A stretch of DNA of 64,000 nucleotides from Oscillospiraceae bacterium (GCA_015069095.1 SVJH01000002.1:7650-71649); one strand, 5' to 3'; shown: positions 18,604 through 30,038, counted from the stretch's first letter. The notes: generated by a model not told the origin, from the sequence alone. Made by a program: numbers and translations.

Positions 18604-19470
18604 ATGCTTATTGCAGATAGTTGGAAAGATTATAAACTTATAGACTGTGCAAACGGCGAAAAAATAGAAAAATGGTGCGATATCGTTCTTTGTCGTCCTG
18701 ACCCTCAGGTTATTTGGCACGAAATGAGCGACGAAAAAATATGGAAAAACGTTGACGCTCGCTACCAAAGAAGTTCATCCGGCGGCGGAAAATGGGAATA
18801 TTTTAAAAAACTCCCTGAAGCATGGCAGATTAAATACAAAGATTTAACATTTAACGTAAAGCCTATGGGATTTAAGCATACAGGCATTTTTCCCGAACAG
18901 GCTGTTAACTGGGATTTTATAATGGATAAAATAAAAAATGCAAAAAGAGATATAAAAGTTCTTAACCTTTTTGCATACACAGGCGGTGCTACCATTGCAG
19001 CGGCAAAAGCAGGAGCAAGTGTTGTTCACGTTGATGCCGCAAAAGGTATGGTGCTTTGGGCAAAAGATAATGCTGTATCTTCTGGTCTTAAAGATGCGCC
19101 TATCCGCTACATTGTTGACGATGTTATAAAATTTGTTGAACGTGAAATAAGACGCGGCAACAAATACGATGCAATTATTATGGACCCTCCGACATACGGA
19201 AGAGGACCAAACGGCGAAGTATGGAAATTTGACGACGAACTTTGGGGACTTATTGACAGATGTGCAAAACTTTTATCAGACAACCCTTTGTTTATGATTG
19301 TCAACTCTTACACATCTTCTGTTTCATCAACTGTTGTATCAAACGTATTAAATCTTAGCATTGTTAAAAAATTCGGTGGCTATGTTACAAACGATGAAAT
19401 AGCACTTCCAATAGAGTCATCAAATCTTGTTCTTCCTTGCGGTGCAGCAACAAGATGGATTGCAGACTAA
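18604..19470 (+). CDS. Class I SAM-dependent methyltransferase (RlmI/RlmK C-terminal-like)
   Basis: Motifs VLNLFAYTGGATIAAA and AIIMDPPTYGRG. Confidence 0.7.
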   Translation: MLIADSWKDYKLIDCANGEKIEKWCDIVLCRPDPQVIWHEMSDEKIWKNVDARYQRSSSGGGKWEYFKKLPEAWQIKYKDLTFNVKPMGFKHTGIFPEQAVNWDFIMDKIKNAKRDIKVLNLFAYTGGATIAAAKAGASVVHVDAAKGMVLWAKDNAVSSGLKDAPIRYIVDDVIKFVEREIRRGNKYDAIIMDPPTYGRGPNGEVWKFDDELWGLIDRCAKLLSDNPLFMIVNSYTSSVSSTVVSNVLNLSIVKKFGGYVTNDEIALPIESSNLVLPCGAATRWIAD

Positions 19471-19495
19471 TACACATAAGTTATGAGGAGCAAAA

Positions 19496-20320
19496 ATGAT
19501 TAAAATAGAAAACCTTACCTTCAGTTATGAAAACGAAGATAAAAAAGTTCTTGATAATATAAATTTAACAGTTAACAAAGGCGAATTTTTGTGCGTTTTA
19601 GGTCATAACGGCTCAGGAAAAAGTACACTTGCAAAACATTTTAATGCTATACTTCTTCCAATGGGCGGAAACGTATATGTTGATAAATTTAACACACTTA
19701 ACGAAGACGAAATTTTAAAAATCCGCCAAAGAGTTGCTATGGTTTTTCAAAATCCAGACAACCAGATAGTTGCAACAATTGTTGAAGAAGATGTTGCATT
19801 TGCGGCAGAAAACTTAGGTATTGACCCCTTAGAAATAAGAAAAAGAGTAGACGAAGCACTTGATGCTGTGGGAATGTTAAAATTTAAAAAACACGCACCG
19901 CATATGCTTTCGGGCGGTCAAAAACAAAGAATTGCAATAGCAGGCGTTATTGCTATGAAGCCTGACTATATTGTGTTTGACGAGCCTACTGCAATGCTCG
20001 ACCCCGTAGGTAGAAGAGAAGTTATAAAAACTATTAAAAAGCTCAACAAAGAATACGGCATAACAATAATACTTATCACTCACAATATGGATGAAGCGGC
20101 AAAAGCCGACAGAATTATTGTTATGGATAAAGGAGAAATAGTAAAAGAAGGAACACCAAGAGAAATTTTTTGTGATGTTGAAAAAATGAGAGAACTTGGA
20201 CTTGATACACCTTCTGTTACATCACTTGCATACGAACTTTCAAAATGCGGTATAAACATAAAACGCGACATACTCGAAATTGACGAGTGTGTAGAGGAGA
20301 TTTTAAAACTATGTCAATAA
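19496..20320 (+). CDS. ecfA1: ECF transporter ATPase EcfA1
   Basis: Walker [10 protein letters not shown], signature LSGGQKQR, Walker B IVFDEPT. Confidence 0.85.
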   Translation: MIKIENLTFSYENEDKKVLDNINLTVNKGEFLCVLGHNGSGKSTLAKHFNAILLPMGGNVYVDKFNTLNEDEILKIRQRVAMVFQNPDNQIVATIVEEDVAFAAENLGIDPLEIRKRVDEALDAVGMLKFKKHAPHMLSGGQKQRIAIAGVIAMKPDYIVFDEPTAMLDPVGRREVIKTIKKLNKEYGITIILITHNMDEAAKADRIIVMDKGEIVKEGTPREIFCDVEKMRELGLDTPSVTSLAYELSKCGINIKRDILEIDECVEEILKLCQ

Positions 20321-21171
20321 CAATAAAAAATTTAACTCACATATATTCTGCGTCATCTCCTTTTGAAAGAGTTGCGCTTTCAGATGTTAACTTAACTATA
20401 AAAGATGGCGATTTTGTTGGTCTTATAGGTCATACAGGGAGCGGAAAAAGTACACTTATACAGCACTTTAACGGTCTTATTATGCCAAACGAAGGAAGCG
20501 TTATTGTTGATGGCGAAGATATATGCCAGAAAGGATACAACCTAAAAAACGTCCGTAAAAAAGTCGGCATTGTTTTTCAGTATCCCGAATATCAACTTTT
20601 TGAAGAAACGGTTTACAAAGATATTGCCTTCGGCCCTAAAAATATGGGTATGTCTGATGATGAAATTGACAAAACAATACACGAAGTTATAAAAATGGTA
20701 GGTCTTAAAGAAAAACATCTTGAAAAATCACCTTTTGAACTTTCGGGCGGTCAGAAAAGACGTGTTGCAATTGCAGGCGTTCTTGCAATGAACCCTAAAA
20801 TTCTTGTTCTTGATGAGCCTACGGCAGGTCTTGACCCAAAAGGAAGAGATGACATTTTAGATACAATTAAAAAAATCCACGAAAAAAAAGGCACAACTGT
20901 TGTTCTTGTTACTCATTCAATGGAAGATATAGTGAAATTTGCAAAAACTATTATCGTTATGAATGACGGAAAAGTTTTAATGCACGAGAGTACAGAAAAA
21001 GTTTTTTCTGACAGCGATTTTTTAGAAAATATCGGACTTAACGTGCCACAGATTACACAATTTGCAAACAAACTTAAAGAAAAAGGCATTGACCTTGGAA
21101 AAAATATATTTACGGTAGAAGATGCAAAAGATGCTATCATAAAATATTTAAGGGAGGTTAAAAAATGCTAA
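20311..21171 (+). CDS. ecfA2: ECF transporter ATPase EcfA2
   Basis: ATG at 20311 after GAGGAGA. Walker [10 protein letters not shown], signature LSGGQKRR. Overlaps the ecfA1 stop. Confidence 0.85.
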   Translation: MSITIKNLTHIYSASSPFERVALSDVNLTIKDGDFVGLIGHTGSGKSTLIQHFNGLIMPNEGSVIVDGEDICQKGYNLKNVRKKVGIVFQYPEYQLFEETVYKDIAFGPKNMGMSDDEIDKTIHEVIKMVGLKEKHLEKSPFELSGGQKRRVAIAGVLAMNPKILVLDEPTAGLDPKGRDDILDTIKKIHEKKGTTVVLVTHSMEDIVKFAKTIIVMNDGKVLMHESTEKVFSDSDFLENIGLNVPQITQFANKLKEKGIDLGKNIFTVEDAKDAIIKYLREVKKC

Positions 21172-21983
21172 AAGACATTACACTTGGGCAATACTTCCCT
21201 ATAAATTCAATCATACACAAACTTGATGCAAGAATTAAAATACTTGCAGTTATAATTTACGTTATTGCAATATTTTTTGCAGAAAACCCTTTTTCGTACG
21301 TTTTTGTAGGAGCATTTACTCTTTTTGTTATTGCACTTTCAAAAGTTCCGATAAAACTTATACTTAAAAGTTTAAAACCGCTTATTTTTATCATTGTTTT
21401 TACATCGGTTATAAACATTCTTTTAACTGACGGAACACTTGTTAATATAAACGGCTACGTTTTAAAATGGGGATTTATTAAAATCACATACGAAGGAATT
21501 TTTACTGCACTTAAAATGGCATTTCGTCTTATATTTTTAGTTATGGGAACATCGCTTTTAACTTTTACAACATCGCCGATATCCCTTACAGACGGAATTG
21601 AAAAACTACTTAGTCCATTTAAAAAGATAGGCGTTCCTGCACACGAACTTGCCATGATGATGACTATTGCAATAAGATTTATCCCTACTTTAATTGAAGA
21701 AACAGATAAAATTATGAAAGCACAAAAAGCAAGAGGTGCAGACTTTGAAAGCGGAAACCTTATTTCAAGGGTTAAGGCTATGATACCTATTTTAGTTCCG
21801 CTCTTTATAAGTTCATTCCGCAGGGCAGATGAACTTGCTATTGCAATGGAAGCAAGATGCTATCATGGTGGCGAAGGAAGAACAAGAATGAAAGAACTTA
21901 AAATCAAAACACGAGATATTTTATCTTTATTTGTTATGATACTGTTTCCTGCACTTATAATTTTAATAAATATATTCTTATAG
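21165..21983 (+). CDS. ecfT: ECF transporter transmembrane component EcfT
   Basis: Polytopic membrane protein with ARG..FE and RRADELAIAMEARCY motifs. Operon position after ecfA2. Confidence 0.85.
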   Translation: MLKDITLGQYFPINSIIHKLDARIKILAVIIYVIAIFFAENPFSYVFVGAFTLFVIALSKVPIKLILKSLKPLIFIIVFTSVINILLTDGTLVNINGYVLKWGFIKITYEGIFTALKMAFRLIFLVMGTSLLTFTTSPISLTDGIEKLLSPFKKIGVPAHELAMMMTIAIRFIPTLIEETDKIMKAQKARGADFESGNLISRVKAMIPILVPLFISSFRRADELAIAMEARCYHGGEGRTRMKELKIKTRDILSLFVMILFPALIILINIFL

Positions 21984-21994
21984 GATGTGTTTTT

Positions 21995-22723
21995 TTGAGA
22001 TACTTAAAACTTACACTTTGCTATGACGGAACTTCGTATCACGGCTGGCAAATTCAGCCTAATCTTCCTACTGTTCAGGGCGAAGTTGAAAGAGCAATTA
22101 AAGAAATTTTTAAAGAAGATATAAAAGTTTCAGGTTCTTCAAGAACCGATGCAGGTGTTCACGCAAGAGAATATGTAGTAAGTTTTGCCACAGAATGTCT
22201 TATCCCGTGCGATAAAGTTCCGATTGCGCTTAACACAAAACTAAATGATGACGTGCGAGCAATTTCTTGCGAAGAAGTAGATATTTCTTTCCATGCGAGG
22301 AAAAGCGCAAAAAACAAAACTTACCGCTACACAATAAATAAATCTTACGATGTATTTAACAGATTTTACGAGTGGTATCTTCCTATTGCGCTTAATACCT
22401 CAGAAATGGAAAAAGCATCAAAACACTTTGTGGGAACACACGATTTTGCAGGATTTATGTCGCAGGGGTCGTCATTTGACACAACTGTAAAAACAATAAA
22501 CAGTGTTGATTTTAAATGTAAAGGCGAAAAAATTATAATCGATATAAACGGCGACGGATTTTTATACAATATGGTTAGAATTATCGTTGGAACTTTGGTA
22601 TTTGTCGGCATGGGAAATATAAAATCAGATGATATACCAAAAATCATTGAATCGAAAAAAAGGGAAAATGCAGGTATGACTGCACCACCTAACGGTCTTT
22701 CACTTTTAAAAGTGAATTATTAA
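21995..22723 (+). CDS. truA: tRNA pseudouridine(38-40) synthase TruA
   Basis: TTG start. SSRTDAGVHA catalytic Asp motif. Conserved ecf-truA synteny. Confidence 0.9.
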   Translation: MRYLKLTLCYDGTSYHGWQIQPNLPTVQGEVERAIKEIFKEDIKVSGSSRTDAGVHAREYVVSFATECLIPCDKVPIALNTKLNDDVRAISCEEVDISFHARKSAKNKTYRYTINKSYDVFNRFYEWYLPIALNTSEMEKASKHFVGTHDFAGFMSQGSSFDTTVKTINSVDFKCKGEKIIIDINGDGFLYNMVRIIVGTLVFVGMGNIKSDDIPKIIESKKRENAGMTAPPNGLSLLKVNY

Positions 22724-22733
22724 GGAGTACACT

Positions 22734-23837
22734 ATGAAAAAAATAAAGAAATCGCATATTATAATTGGCATAATACTTCTTGTAGTTTGTATTTTTGCAA
22801 TTATAATACAAACAAATCCCAATGTTTCATACTTTTTCTTAAAACTTGTAAATCCCGATTTTGACAAAAGGGTAATTACTTTTGAAAAAGCAGACTATTA
22901 TGGATTTGCAACAGTTAACGGAGACATTGTTGCAGCGTACAGGGACAACATTAAAATATACGATACCGACCTTAAAGAAAAAGAAACAATTTCTGTTTCG
23001 GGAGTTGACCCTACCGTTAAAACAAACGGGAAAAATATGGTTGTGTTTTATCCGTCAGAAAACAAGGCACTTGTAAAAATAGGCTCAGAAACTAAAAACA
23101 TAAGTACACCTTACTACATTTTAAATGCAACTGTTAACAAAAACGGATATTATGCACTTATTACTGAAGAAAAGGGCTTTAAGTCGCAGGTTATTGTTTG
23201 CGACAACAAAGGAAGCGAAATTTACAAATGGCACTCCTCTGACTATTACATTACAGACGTAAGTATTTCTGATGACAACAAACATATGGTGCTTACATCA
23301 CTTGCACCGGATAAAGATACAATAAAAAGCAGTATAATGGTATTTTCATTTACTGATGAAAAACCGATTGCACAAATTGTAAAAACAGATGTTACATATA
23401 TAAGTGCATCATTTATAAACAAAAATAAAATTGCCCTAATCGGCGATAAAAAAGCAGGCGTTTTCAATTTAAATCTTTCGCCCGTATGGGAAGAAGATTA
23501 CTCAACAAAACAACTTTTCACTTACAGCGCAGATGATAAAAACATAATTCTTGCACTTGGAAATACAAAAAGTGCATCTGAAAAAGTTTCTGTAAAAATT
23601 TATTCGCCATCCGGAAATCTTAAAGGAGAATTTATCCACAATGGCGAAATTACAGGTATTGATACTTCGCAAAATTCAATACTTGTATACGGGAAAAGAA
23701 ACCTGTATAATATAAGTGAGAGCGGAAAAGTAAAAAGACAACTTGATTTAAATATTGACATTCTTCACGCTTTTACAGTTAAAAACGGTGTATTTGTAGT
23801 ATCAAATTCAGTAGGAAAAATTTATTATTTGAGGTGA
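22734..23837 (+). CDS. Membrane-anchored hypothetical protein (possibly DUF5711-like beta-propeller)
   Basis: N-terminal TM helix followed by a beta-rich repetitive body. The family name is uncertain. Confidence 0.45.
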   Translation: MKKIKKSHIIIGIILLVVCIFAIIIQTNPNVSYFFLKLVNPDFDKRVITFEKADYYGFATVNGDIVAAYRDNIKIYDTDLKEKETISVSGVDPTVKTNGKNMVVFYPSENKALVKIGSETKNISTPYYILNATVNKNGYYALITEEKGFKSQVIVCDNKGSEIYKWHSSDYYITDVSISDDNKHMVLTSLAPDKDTIKSSIMVFSFTDEKPIAQIVKTDVTYISASFINKNKIALIGDKKAGVFNLNLSPVWEEDYSTKQLFTYSADDKNIILALGNTKSASEKVSVKIYSPSGNLKGEFIHNGEITGIDTSQNSILVYGKRNLYNISESGKVKRQLDLNIDILHAFTVKNGVFVVSNSVGKIYYLR

Positions 23838-23841
23838 TAAA

Positions 23842-24480
23842 ATGGGATTTTTAATTGATTTAATTGTTCTTTTGGCATTAGCGTACTTTTTAATGCGCGG
23901 CTACAAAAAAGGGTTTGTAATTTCTATTGTTGACACATTTTCATGCATTTTTGCATTTATCATTACAATGTGTACATATAAACTTGTTGTGCCGCACCTT
24001 GCCGCATCGGCTGTCGGAACGTTTATTTCTGAAAGAATAGAAGGAATTATTCTTGGTATATTTGCAAAAGAAGCAACTGCAATTGTAGATCAGCTAAGTA
24101 TTCCATCTGTTCTTAAAGCGAATATATCGCCTGACGCACTCATTAGCGATGCCGCATTAAATATTGCACAAAACATAACAAGTGCACTTATAACAATTTT
24201 AACTGTAATACTTCTTTTTATTGTTATAAGAATTCTGTTGAAACTACTTAAAAAACCTATAAAAACACTTGCGTCTATACCTGTAATAAAACAAATTGAC
24301 ACCGTACTTGGCGTTATAACAGGAATTATAGCAGGCTTTTTCTGGGTTTATTTAATAATGGCAGTAGTAGGACTTTTATCTTTTGTTCCTGCAGTAGCAA
24401 CAATTGCAGATCTTGTTAAATCTTCTTCTGTTGCATCAATTCTATACAATAACAATCTGCTTCTTTTAATGATTGGATAA
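23842..24480 (+). CDS. CvpA-family membrane protein
   Basis: N-terminus MGFLIDLIVLLALAYFLMRGYKKGF is typical of CvpA. Four or more TM helices. Confidence 0.65.
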   Translation: MGFLIDLIVLLALAYFLMRGYKKGFVISIVDTFSCIFAFIITMCTYKLVVPHLAASAVGTFISERIEGIILGIFAKEATAIVDQLSIPSVLKANISPDALISDAALNIAQNITSALITILTVILLFIVIRILLKLLKKPIKTLASIPVIKQIDTVLGVITGIIAGFFWVYLIMAVVGLLSFVPAVATIADLVKSSSVASILYNNNLLLLMIG

Positions 24481-24511
24481 TTAAACCTTGTTAAATCAAA
24501 AATGCTTTCCG

Positions 24512-24784
24512 TTAAGAATTAACGGAAAGCATTTTTTTATAGTTTTCATACTTTTGTTTTGTTGCAAGACCGCCACGAATGTGTCTTTCTTTTTTGTTTA
24601 TATCTAAAATTTCTTTAACTTCTTTATACATACTTTTGTTTATCTTTTTTAGTCGCTCTGAAATATCTTTATGTACTGTTGATTTTGAAATGCCAAATTT
24701 TTTTGCGGCGCCTCTTACTGTCGATTTGTTTTCTATTATATACTGCGCAAGTAGAATAACTCTTTCGGTTATGTAATCTTTCAA
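24512..24784 (-). CDS. spoIIID: Sporulation transcriptional regulator SpoIIID
   Basis: Strong similarity to the SpoIIID consensus (KDYI.ER....A.YII.N..TVR.AAK.FG.SKSTVHKD..ERL..IN). TTG start at 24784 after GGGGTGA. Confidence 0.9.
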   Translation of the reverse strand: MKDYITERVILLAQYIIENKSTVRGAAKKFGISKSTVHKDISERLKKINKSMYKEVKEILDINKKERHIRGGLATKQKYENYKKMLSVNS

Positions 24785-24847
24785 AAAATCACCCCATATA
24801 ACGATTTTATACATTATATGAGGTGATAATTTAAGTTATGAAATTTA

Positions 24848-25669
24848 TTATCTTACAAATAAATCTTTACGTTTATTAAAGTAAGACAAGTTTGCAAAAC
24901 ATACAACCATATTTATTGCAAATGGTATAAGCATAGTAATTAAAACTGATGTAGTAAGCAGTTCTTCGCTTGGTCCGTTGTAGATTGCTCTGTCAAACGG
25001 AACTATTGACATAAACGAATTAAATAAGCTGTATGCAAATATGTATGGTATAATCGATGAAATGAAAAAGTACAAGTTTATAAATAATGGGCCTGATTTT
25101 TTATATCCGCCAAGAGTAATTCTTGCAATAATTGCAAGTACAGCAAGGCAAAGACATGCAATCCCAAAAGTACTTATTGTACTTATAAGACCTTTCATAA
25201 ATTCTTCTGCTTCATCAAAAGTTGACATAATTTCATCTGCAAAACTTGCAATTATTTTATCTCCGCCGCTTTCAAGTTCGCTATCTAAAACATTAGATAT
25301 TGTAATTAGTCCGATTCCGCCTAAAAGTAACCCTGCAATGTTAACAAAAAGCATAAAGTAAATAATAAATTTAAACCATTTCATACCTCTTATTCCAACT
25401 GGCGAATATGGTTGATATGCCGGATTTACAGGCTGAGAATAAGTAGGATTATAAGGTGCGCTCTGAGAATATACAGGATTTTGCATCTCAATATTTTCCT
25501 GTGGTTGTGATGCCATAGTGTTTTGATTTGGCATTTGATTTTGTTGTGCTTGTTCTTTCGCGTTTGTTTCGACACTCTCAATTGGAGCATCCTGTTCTAA
25601 AATAGCACCACAGTTTAAGCAAAACTTTGAACCATCTTCTGCTTTATATCCGCAATTTGTACAAAACAT
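24848..25669 (-). CDS. Zinc-ribbon domain membrane protein with Q/P-rich linker
   Basis: N-terminal CxxC...CxxC (FCTNCG...CLNCG), a low-complexity linker, then several TM helices. Confidence 0.6.
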   Translation of the reverse strand: MFCTNCGYKAEDGSKFCLNCGAILEQDAPIESVETNAKEQAQQNQMPNQNTMASQPQENIEMQNPVYSQSAPYNPTYSQPVNPAYQPYSPVGIRGMKWFKFIIYFMLFVNIAGLLLGGIGLITISNVLDSELESGGDKIIASFADEIMSTFDEAEEFMKGLISTISTFGIACLCLAVLAIIARITLGGYKKSGPLFINLYFFISSIIPYIFAYSLFNSFMSIVPFDRAIYNGPSEELLTTSVLITMLIPFAINMVVCFANLSYFNKRKDLFVR

Positions 25670-25819
25670 AATTTAAGCCTCCTTAAAAGTACTGCTGTAA
25701 GTATATCACTTTTGCATATAAAAGTCAATAATTGCAAAAAATGAAACAAGTTATAGACAAAGTTATTTTTATGTTATATACTTAATTTGTACAATGCTTT
25801 TTAAGAAGGTGAATTGACA

Positions 25820-28054
25820 GTGAAAAAAAGATTATTACTTTCAACATTGATTATATGCATAGGGATTTTATTCTTTGGAGTTTTAAGTGTAAGTGCAACT
25901 GTTGTAAATAGCGGAACTTGCGGAACAAATGTACAATGGGCCTTAGATGACGAAGGAACACTTACAATAAGCGGAACGGGAGATATGAAGGATTACTCCA
26001 GCGGCGGAAGTGCTCCGTGGTTTTCTAAAAGAAGTTCCATTAAGAAATTAGTAATTGAAAACGGAATAACAAGTATTGGTAGCCGTACATTTACACTCAT
26101 TACAGGGATAACTGAATTGGAAATCCCAGACAGTGTTACAAGTATTGGTGATTATGCATTTTCAAATTGCACAGGTTTAAAAAATATTTCACTCGGCAAA
26201 GGCGTAAAAACCATAGGGGTTTCTGCTTTTGGCGCCTGCACAGAACTTATTGGTTTTTCCGCATCTGACAGTTTGGAAATTATTGGAGATGCTGCATTTG
26301 GAAATTGTGATAAATTAGAATATGTACATTTTGGAAACAATTTAAAAAGTATTGGTTTTAAAGCTTTTTCCGGTTGTGAAAATCTTGGTGCCATTACAAT
26401 TCCTGACAGCGTTACAAATATTGATGAACAAGCGTTTTCGTGGTGTGAAAAAGTAGCAAGTATAAAAATTGGAAAAGGCATAAGCACTATAGGAGTTTCT
26501 ACATTTAGTTATTGCTTTGCAGTAGAGGAAGTTACTATTGAAACTGGAGTTACCGCCATATCAGATAATGCATTTTACAGATGCGACGGTTTAAAAAATG
26601 TCTACTACACAGGAACACAATCACAATGGAATGAAATAGTAATATCATCTGTTGGAAATGACAATTTAACTTCGGCAACTATTACTTATGTAATTCCATT
26701 GGTTGCAAGCGGAGTTTGCGGAGAGAATGTAACATATAAACTTGACGAAGAAGGAACACTTACAATAAGCGGAACGGGAGATATGTACCACTGGAGCAGC
26801 ACCTCACCTTCGCCATGGAGTCCATACAACAATACGATTAAAAAAATTATCATTGAGGATAATATTACAAATATAGGAGCGCACTCATTTACAGATTGCG
26901 TTTCACTTACAGATGTTGATATTACTGATGATATTGTAAATGTCGGAGCATATTCATTTAGAAATTGCAAAAGTTTAATGTCAATTATTATACCTAAAAG
27001 CACTACAAGAATTGAATCCGGAGCATTTTACAACTGTATATCTCTTACGGATGTAACCCTTTTTGAAAGTGTTGAAAATATCGGTAATAGTGCATTTTCC
27101 GGTTGTACAAATCTTGCAAATATCAATATTCCAAAAAGTGTTACTAACATAGAAAATTCTGCTTTTTCTAACTGCTCAAATCTTACAAGTATAGATATTC
27201 CTGAAGGTATCACAAGTATTAAAAATGGTACTTTTTCCGGTTGTAGCAAATTAAACAGTATTGCTATCCCAAAAAGTGTTACAAATATTGGAGATTCAGC
27301 ACTTAGTTATACTGCACTTAGTGAAATTTACATTGCCAAAAATATAGAAAATATCGGGCACAGAGCTTTTGAACATTGTATGAATCTTAAAAGTATAACT
27401 GTTGATGACGACAATGCCTATTACTCTAGTGATATGCGTGGAACGTTATTTAACAAAGACAAAACTGTTTTAATTCAGTATCCTATTGGCTCAACTTTTG
27501 AAACGTATTCTATTCCAGATGGAGTTATAAGCATTGAATACAGTGCTTTTTGTGCAGGCATATATTTGAAATATGTAGATATTCCAAAAAGTGTTACAAC
27601 CATCAACTCTTGTGCGTTTTCAGAGTGCTACAATCTTAAAAACTTAAAAATATACCCAGCTGTAAAAATTATTGATAATAGTGCATTTTCAGGTTGTTAC
27701 AGTTATGATACCACATATTATTACGGAACAGAATCGCAATGGAAAGATATAGTAATCGGAAACACAAACACTTTATTTACAAACAATGTTGTATTTGTAA
27801 AATACACAAAAACCAAAATTTCCGACGACAAAAAATCATTTATTGTTGAACCTATAAATATCGACGAAGGAAAAACGGTAATTATTGCTCTTTACAAAAA
27901 CGATGATTTTGTTGAGATGCAAAGTAAAATATATAAATTGGAAAACCTTGAATTTACAACTACAAAAACATACGACACAGTAAAAATTATGGTGTGGGAA
28001 AACTTTGAAGACCTGATACCAATTACAATTGCCGAAACAATTGAATTAAGTTAA
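25820..28054 (+). CDS. Secreted BspA-type leucine-rich repeat (LRR_5) surface protein
   Basis: GTG at 25820 after GAAGGTGA. Signal peptide, then many ~23-aa repeats of the form IP.SVT.IG..AF..C..L. Confidence 0.8.
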   Translation: MKKRLLLSTLIICIGILFFGVLSVSATVVNSGTCGTNVQWALDDEGTLTISGTGDMKDYSSGGSAPWFSKRSSIKKLVIENGITSIGSRTFTLITGITELEIPDSVTSIGDYAFSNCTGLKNISLGKGVKTIGVSAFGACTELIGFSASDSLEIIGDAAFGNCDKLEYVHFGNNLKSIGFKAFSGCENLGAITIPDSVTNIDEQAFSWCEKVASIKIGKGISTIGVSTFSYCFAVEEVTIETGVTAISDNAFYRCDGLKNVYYTGTQSQWNEIVISSVGNDNLTSATITYVIPLVASGVCGENVTYKLDEEGTLTISGTGDMYHWSSTSPSPWSPYNNTIKKIIIEDNITNIGAHSFTDCVSLTDVDITDDIVNVGAYSFRNCKSLMSIIIPKSTTRIESGAFYNCISLTDVTLFESVENIGNSAFSGCTNLANINIPKSVTNIENSAFSNCSNLTSIDIPEGITSIKNGTFSGCSKLNSIAIPKSVTNIGDSALSYTALSEIYIAKNIENIGHRAFEHCMNLKSITVDDDNAYYSSDMRGTLFNKDKTVLIQYPIGSTFETYSIPDGVISIEYSAFCAGIYLKYVDIPKSVTTINSCAFSECYNLKNLKIYPAVKIIDNSAFSGCYSYDTTYYYGTESQWKDIVIGNTNTLFTNNVVFVKYTKTKISDDKKSFIVEPINIDEGKTVIIALYKNDDFVEMQSKIYKLENLEFTTTKTYDTVKIMVWENFEDLIPITIAETIELS

Positions 28055-28096
28055 AACAACCCCGTACAAATTTCATTGTACGGGGTTTTAAATACT

Positions 28097-29068
28097 TTAA
28101 TATTCATTTGCAAAAAATTCAAATGTTTTTCCGCTTGTACCGTAAAGAATTTCATCTCCGCCTGTGTGAGTAAGTATCAAGCCATTAACACCTATATCCC
28201 ACTCAAAAGAAGGGTTACATTCATAAGGCACAAATGAAGTAGTATCATCTTCGCTTCCTATCGGACCGCCAACAAGGTTGAAATGTAAGATATCGTTTTC
28301 GTCAACTTCCCATGTTCCTTCAAACTTTTCTAAAATTTCGCTATTTCCAATCCCATAAGAATATTTTGCACTTCCGTCAGGCTCAATTGTAAGATTAAGC
28401 GTTCTTTCCTCGCCATTTAAATCATAGGCAAAACACATCCAACTGCCGCAAAATACATAATCAGGCACTTCATCAAAAGCAACAAATTCAGGCAGTTTAT
28501 CATATGGCGTAAAGTCATAAACTAAGTTTTTGCTATTTTCAAGTTTTCCATCCTTGCCAGATTGAACAGGTGTGTATTCAATCTTTTCTGTGCCTTTTTT
28601 AGCAACTATGTATAGATTAGGAATTGTATCGCTAATATTTCCGCGAACTAAAATCGGCCCGTTTGCCTCTACAAGTTTTTCGCCCGCATATGGCATATAG
28701 TCAGCATCAAATTCACATTTATAAGCAGTTACAGTTACATCTTCATCTTTAGGTACAATAAGATACATTCTGAATCCTTCATTTTCGCCACACTTATCTA
28801 TATCTTTAATAAATGAAAAATCCTTTGTATAATCTAAATTTACAAGGTCATTGCAAGCCGTTTTTAAATCTCCTTCAAGATACCCAAGATATGCAACACC
28901 GATAAGTTTATTGCCATCTGATATTTTTTCTTTTAATCTTGTCAGTGATATATCTTCTTTTTTATCAGTTTCTTTAATACTTGCCTCATTAGGATTGTTA
29001 TTACATCCTGCAAAACCAAACGCAAGCACAAAAGTAAGTAGTAATAAAGTAAATCTTTTCATTTTCAT
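28097..29068 (-). CDS. Lipoprotein, function unknown
   Basis: Lipobox LAFGFAGC. Confidence 0.6.
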   Translation of the reverse strand: MKMKRFTLLLLTFVLAFGFAGCNNNPNEASIKETDKKEDISLTRLKEKISDGNKLIGVAYLGYLEGDLKTACNDLVNLDYTKDFSFIKDIDKCGENEGFRMYLIVPKDEDVTVTAYKCEFDADYMPYAGEKLVEANGPILVRGNISDTIPNLYIVAKKGTEKIEYTPVQSGKDGKLENSKNLVYDFTPYDKLPEFVAFDEVPDYVFCGSWMCFAYDLNGEERTLNLTIEPDGSAKYSYGIGNSEILEKFEGTWEVDENDILHFNLVGGPIGSEDDTTSFVPYECNPSFEWDIGVNGLILTHTGGDEILYGTSGKTFEFFANEY

Positions 29069-29092
29069 CTCTCCTTACACCACTATATTTAT

Positions 29093-29635
29093 CTATTTTC
29101 TTGTATAAGTCTGATAACTTACGCCCATAAGTCCGTCAAACGGATAGAAATTCTGCAAAAGAAGTGTATCGTCATCAATTAAAGTTGCATAAAATTCTTC
29201 CTCTTTATCAAAATCACTTTCTACAGGTACAAATTTTACACTCCATTTGTCATTTGCGCACATTTCATAAAGAGGCTTGTTAAGATACTCAATCTGCGCA
29301 GTAAATGACTTTTTATCGTTGTCCATTATATGCTCATAATATGCTATTCCTTCGCTGATTGAAAGATTAGTTGTAAATCCTGCTTCTTCGGAGGAAAACT
29401 CGTATCCTTCAACCTGTCCGCTTACAAACATCCACTCTCCGCTAAGAAGTTCTAAGTTTTCATAAGATTCATCTTCGATTATGCTTTCTATCTCTTTTTC
29501 ATCTTCTGTTTCGCTTACTTCCTGTTTTGTATCATCGTCCGCATCGTCTAAAATCGCATCGTCTGTTTTTGCACACGAAATAAAACTTATTATCATTAAA
29601 ATGCTAAGAATCAGTGCAAATAGTCTTTTTTTCAT
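29093..29635 (-). CDS. Lipoprotein, function unknown (acidic linker)
   Basis: Lipobox IISFISC followed by a D/E-rich region. Confidence 0.6.
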   Translation of the reverse strand: MKKRLFALILSILMIISFISCAKTDDAILDDADDDTKQEVSETEDEKEIESIIEDESYENLELLSGEWMFVSGQVEGYEFSSEEAGFTTNLSISEGIAYYEHIMDNDKKSFTAQIEYLNKPLYEMCANDKWSVKFVPVESDFDKEEEFYATLIDDDTLLLQNFYPFDGLMGVSYQTYTRK

Positions 29636-29962
29636 TATTACCGCCTCCTGTTTTTTACAGTTATACCGTCTTCGGTGTAAAAATTTTATCTGCTTATATT
29701 TTTATTATATCACTGCTAATTAAAAACGACAAGAAAAAAACAAAAAAAAGAACAAACCTTTTTTGATTTGTTCTTTTTGGGTAAAGTAGAACGATTGAAA
29801 TATTTTAATTTTTGTTTTGCGCAAACAAAACATCCATTTCTATTCTCTTTTATCTCTTATCTGGAAACGACAATTTTAGATAAGAGTGAAGAAAGAAAAG
29901 TGAAAAGATAAAAGTACAAAAAGAAACGACAACTTTCTTTTTAGAAAATTGTCGTTTCTTTT

Positions 29963-30038
29963 TGGAGCTGGTGATCGGACTTGAACCGACGATCTATTGA
30001 TTACGAATCAATTGCTCTACCGACTGAGCCACACCAGC
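29963..30038 (-). tRNA. tRNA-Thr (anticodon CGU)
   Basis: Cloverleaf read by hand: acceptor GCTGGTG/CACCAGC, anticodon loop TTCGTAA, T-loop GGTTCAAGTCC, encoded CCA. A terminator hairpin lies downstream at about 29923-29962. Confidence 0.85.
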
